From an uncultured Gemmatimonadales bacterium (GTDB lineage Bacteria > Gemmatimonadota > Gemmatimonadetes > Longimicrobiales > RSA9), in assembly GCA_963798085.1 (NCBI GenBank), contig CAWCRS010000003.1:96001-160000 (forward strand): 64,000 nt of DNA, in the 5' to 3' direction. Below the pieces are notes generated by a model that was not told the origin of the DNA, did no database searches, and was given only the letters and a program-made list of their open reading frames with translations. This document shows, piece after piece, positions 60,793 to 64,000 of this stretch; position 1 is the first letter of the stretch, and every line of letters begins with the position of its first letter. The translations under genes were made by a program, and so were the position numbers.

Positions 60793-61848
60793 ATGAGTGC
60801 AATGACAGTGATCGGGCTGGTGGCCGCGCTGGGAACGGCGGGGCCGCCGGTACACGGGGTGGATCCGAAGCCGGCGCCGCGCGCGACGTTGCGGGTAGTG
60901 GCGACGTTGCCGGTGTATGCCTCGATCGTGCGCGCCATTGGCGGCAATGAGGTGACGGTGGTGAGCATCGCGGACCCGCACGAGGACGCGCATTTCGTCC
61001 GGCCCAAGCCGAGCTTCGCGGCGGAGCTGCGGCGCGCGGATCTCTTCATCACGACGGGGCTCGACCTCGAGCTGTGGGTGCCGCCGCTGCTGGACAAGGC
61101 CGGCAACTCGAAGGTCACCGAGGGCGGCCCGGGCTACGTCACCACGTACACGGGCATCAAGCTGCTGGACGTTCCGACCAGCACCGATCGCGCGGCCGGC
61201 GACATCCACATCTACGGCAATCCGCACGTCGCGACCGATCCGCTGAACGCGGTCCAGATCGCGCGCAACATCACGATCGGTCTGAAGAAGGTGGCGCCCG
61301 AGCGGGCCGCGGTGTGGGACAAGGGACTGGGCGCATTCACGGATCAGATCTACCGCCGGCTCTATGGCGACAAGCTGGTCGAGGTCGTGGGCGGCGAGGC
61401 GCTGGCCAACCTGTCGAAACAGGGCAAGCTGCAGAGTTTCCTGGACGCGACGCCCTACCAGGGCAAGCCATTGAGCCAGCAGCTGGGTGGCTGGCTGGCG
61501 GCCGCGGCGCCGTTCCGCGGCAAGGACGTCATCTGCTATCACAAGAACTGGGCCTATTTCGAGGATCGCTTCCAGGTGCATTGCGCCGAATTCGTCGAGG
61601 CCAAGCCCGGCATTCCGCCCACTCCCGGACACGTGGCCGCGCTGATCGACATGATGAAGACGAAGAACATCCGCGTTATCATGGCGGCCGACTATTTCGG
61701 TCGGGAGAAGGTCGAGACAGTGGCACAGCGCGCGGGCGCGAAAGCCGTGATGATGCCGCTGGAACCGGGCGATGAGCCCGGCGTGGACACGTTCTTCGAT
61801 CTCGTGGATGTGTGGGTCAAGAATCTCGCGGCTGCATTCAGTTCCTGA
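60793..61848 (+). CDS. Metal ABC transporter substrate-binding protein (ZnuA/TroA cluster A-I)
   Basis: VVAT, EDAHF..PKPS, G.DLE.W, GDIH..GNPH, YH.NW.YF, E.KPGIPPT. Confidence 0.9.
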   Translation: MSAMTVIGLVAALGTAGPPVHGVDPKPAPRATLRVVATLPVYASIVRAIGGNEVTVVSIADPHEDAHFVRPKPSFAAELRRADLFITTGLDLELWVPPLLDKAGNSKVTEGGPGYVTTYTGIKLLDVPTSTDRAAGDIHIYGNPHVATDPLNAVQIARNITIGLKKVAPERAAVWDKGLGAFTDQIYRRLYGDKLVEVVGGEALANLSKQGKLQSFLDATPYQGKPLSQQLGGWLAAAAPFRGKDVICYHKNWAYFEDRFQVHCAEFVEAKPGIPPTPGHVAALIDMMKTKNIRVIMAADYFGREKVETVAQRAGAKAVMMPLEPGDEPGVDTFFDLVDVWVKNLAAAFSS

Positions 61849-61873
61849 GCCATTGCAAGATCGGAGATTCCCG

Positions 61874-62737
61874 ATGCTCGACCTCATTCTGGTTCCGCTG
61901 GCAGCCGCACTGGTGATCCTTGCGATCAACGCCTACTTCGGGCTGCACATCATCCGGCGTGGCGTGATCTTCGTGGACCTCGCCTTCGCGCAGATCGCTG
62001 CGCTGGGCAGCACCGTGGCCTTCCTGCTGGGCGCCCACGGCGGCTCCGCCACCAGCTACTTGTTCGCGTTCGGCTTCACGCTGCTGGGCGCGCTGCTCTT
62101 CAGTTTCACGCGCGTCGAGCACGGCCAGGTTTCGCAGGAAGCCTACATCGGGATCAGCTACGTGGTCGCGTCCGCCGCGGTGATCCTGCTGTCCAGCTTC
62201 ACGGCGGAAGGCACCGAGCACATCAAGGAGACACTGACCGGGTCGCTCATCTGGGTGACATGGCCAACGGTGCTGAAGATCGCGGGCGTCTACGCGCTCA
62301 TCGCCATCTTCCACTGGCTCGTGCGTCACAAGATGATCGCCGTCACGTTCTCGCCGGGCAGCGTGCGCAACGTGCGGCTCTGGGATTTCATCTTCTACGT
62401 TTCTTTCGGCGTCGCCATCACGTTCGCGGTGGACGTCGCGGGCGTGCTCCTGATCTTCAGCACGCTGGTGATTCCCGCCGTGATCGCCTTCCTCTACACC
62501 AACCGGCTGCTCCCCGCGCTGCTGCTGGCATGGGCGACAGGCGCGGTGGCGATCGTCGGCGGCGTCGCGGTTTCCTTCATCTGGGACATCACGACCGGGC
62601 CGCTGCTGGTGGTCGCGTTCGGCGCGGTGCTGGTGGTGGCCGCGTTGCTGCGTCCGCTGCTGCGCCGCCGCGCGCCGGCGGCGCAGCCGCTGCACGGCGC
62701 TCACGAGATGGCCGAGTCGGTTTCCAGCGGCGACTGA
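61874..62737 (+). CDS. Metal ABC transporter permease (ZnuB/ABC-3 family)
   Basis: YFGLH...RGVIFVDLA.AQIAALG, EA.IG..Y, GVLLIFS.LVIPA, TGP..V. Confidence 0.88.
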   Translation: MLDLILVPLAAALVILAINAYFGLHIIRRGVIFVDLAFAQIAALGSTVAFLLGAHGGSATSYLFAFGFTLLGALLFSFTRVEHGQVSQEAYIGISYVVASAAVILLSSFTAEGTEHIKETLTGSLIWVTWPTVLKIAGVYALIAIFHWLVRHKMIAVTFSPGSVRNVRLWDFIFYVSFGVAITFAVDVAGVLLIFSTLVIPAVIAFLYTNRLLPALLLAWATGAVAIVGGVAVSFIWDITTGPLLVVAFGAVLVVAALLRPLLRRRAPAAQPLHGAHEMAESVSSGD

Positions 62738-62802
62738 CCGGCAGCGAGTCAGGCCGGCCCGGCACCGGTGCCCACGGTCGCCGGCCGGCCTGTCGTTTCT
62801 CC

Positions 62803-64000
62803 CTAACTCGCCGTTAATTCCGCCAACCTGCGCTGCAGATACCTCTGCTCCACCGGATTGCGGCACAGCTCGAGCGCGCGCGCGTACGCGACGGCGGCCT
62901 CCTCGTGCCTCTGCTGGCGACGCAGCAGATCGGCCCTCGCCGCGTGCAGCAGGTGGAACTGCTCGAGCACGCCGCGCAGCGCCAGTTCGTCCAGCAGCCG
63001 CAGTCCCTCCGCCGGACCGCTCGCCATGGCCACGGCGGCGGCGCGATTCAGCTCGATGACCGGAGTCGGCTGCTGCTCCAGCAGCTCGCCGTAGAGTGCT
63101 GCAATGCGCGCCCAGTCGGTAGCCGCGGCCGCCGGCGCGCGCGCGTGCTGGGCAGCGATCTCCGCCTGCAGCAGGAACGGTCCCCGTCCACGGCCCGCGC
63201 CTGCCTGCGCCAGCAGTGCCAGTCCCTCCGCGATGTGCGCGCGGTCCCAGCGCGTGCGGTCCTGATACTCGAGTGTTATCAGCTGCCCGGCCGCATCGGT
63301 GCGCGTCGCGCGGCGTGAGTGGTGCAGCAGCATCAGCGCCAGCAGAGCGCTGACTTCGGCGTCCGCGGGCAGCAGCTGCCGCAGCAGCCGGCCCAGCCGG
63401 ATGGCCTCGGCACAGAGATCGGCGCGCAGCAGCGTGTCGCCTGCAGTCGCGGCGTAGCCTTCATTGAAGACCAGGTACACGACCGCCCGCACAGCCGCCG
63501 TCCGCTCGGGCAGTGCTTCGGGGGGCGGCACGCGATAGGGAATCCCCGCGTCGCGGATCTTGCGCTGCGCGCGCACCAGCCGCTGCGCCATGGTGCTCTC
63601 ACTGACCAGGAACGCACGCGCGATCTCGCGCGTCGCCAGCCCGGCGACCGCGCGCAGCGTCAGCGCCACCTGTGCTTCCTCGTGCAGGGCCGGATGGCAG
63701 CAGGTGAAGATCAGGCGCAACCGGTCATCATCCGGAACGGGGGCGACGACATCGCTCGCCTTCTCTTCTTCTCCGATCTGGCCGGCCGCTTCTTCCAGCT
63801 GCAGCAGACTCTGCAGTGCCTCCTGGTTGCGACGGAACGACTGATCGCGCCGCAGCCGGTCGAGTGCCCGGCGGCGCGCGGTGGTGGTGATCCACGCCGC
63901 CGGCCGCTGCGGAATACCGTCCCTGCCCCACGCATCGAGCGCGCGCACCAGCGCGTCGTGCAGCGCATCTTCCGCCAGCTCGAAGTCGCCACACGCGCGG
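62803..64000 (-). CDS. ECF sigma factor with TPR-like C-terminal extension (ECF42/DUF6596 type), 5'-partial
   Basis: [51 protein letters not shown]. Confidence 0.9.
   Translation of the reverse strand, partial: RACGDFELAEDALHDALVRALDAWGRDGIPQRPAAWITTTARRRALDRLRRDQSFRRNQEALQSLLQLEEAAGQIGEEEKASDVVAPVPDDDRLRLIFTCCHPALHEEAQVALTLRAVAGLATREIARAFLVSESTMAQRLVRAQRKIRDAGIPYRVPPPEALPERTAAVRAVVYLVFNEGYAATAGDTLLRADLCAEAIRLGRLLRQLLPADAEVSALLALMLLHHSRRATRTDAAGQLITLEYQDRTRWDRAHIAEGLALLAQAGAGRGRGPFLLQAEIAAQHARAPAAAATDWARIAALYGELLEQQPTPVIELNRAAAVAMASGPAEGLRLLDELALRGVLEQFHLLHAARADLLRRQQRHEEAAVAYARALELCRNPVEQRYLQRRLAELTAS

Overview
High-GC bacterial chromosomal window; the gene content (PadR/ADOP permease pairs, GGRGG-linker tricorn protease, many secreted proteins) suggests Gemmatimonadota or Acidobacteriota, which is inference only. 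It holds about 45 CDS: a xylB-sugar ABC-argJ unit, tlpA/dsbD, a stand-alone infA, sodA, an ADP-forming acetate-CoA ligase, an SPFH-TRAP/TAXI-GH3-AlkZ-GH29 run, tricorn protease, two PadR+ADOP cassettes, MATE, and a metal-uptake region (51.3-62.7 kb). About nine genes have 1-nt frameshifts, most likely long-read errors. No rRNA, tRNA, CRISPR array or transposase was seen. Best candidates for undescribed biology: (1) a DUF2946/CruR-like leader ORF ending in RSRAPP with an HxHxxC site, upstream of an outer-membrane protein/ZnuA/ZnuB operon that has no ATPase and lies divergent to a TonB receptor, lipoprotein and His-rich LytS/LytTR pair; (2) a dispersed ~40-bp (GGGGCT)n intergenic repeat family forming inverted pairs and a ~770-bp nested palindrome; (3) a 218-bp element with perfect 18-bp inverted ends; (4) a shared TTGACA...TAGTCATC leaderless promoter with an unannotated 37-aa uORF; (5) several enzymes with altered catalytic motifs.
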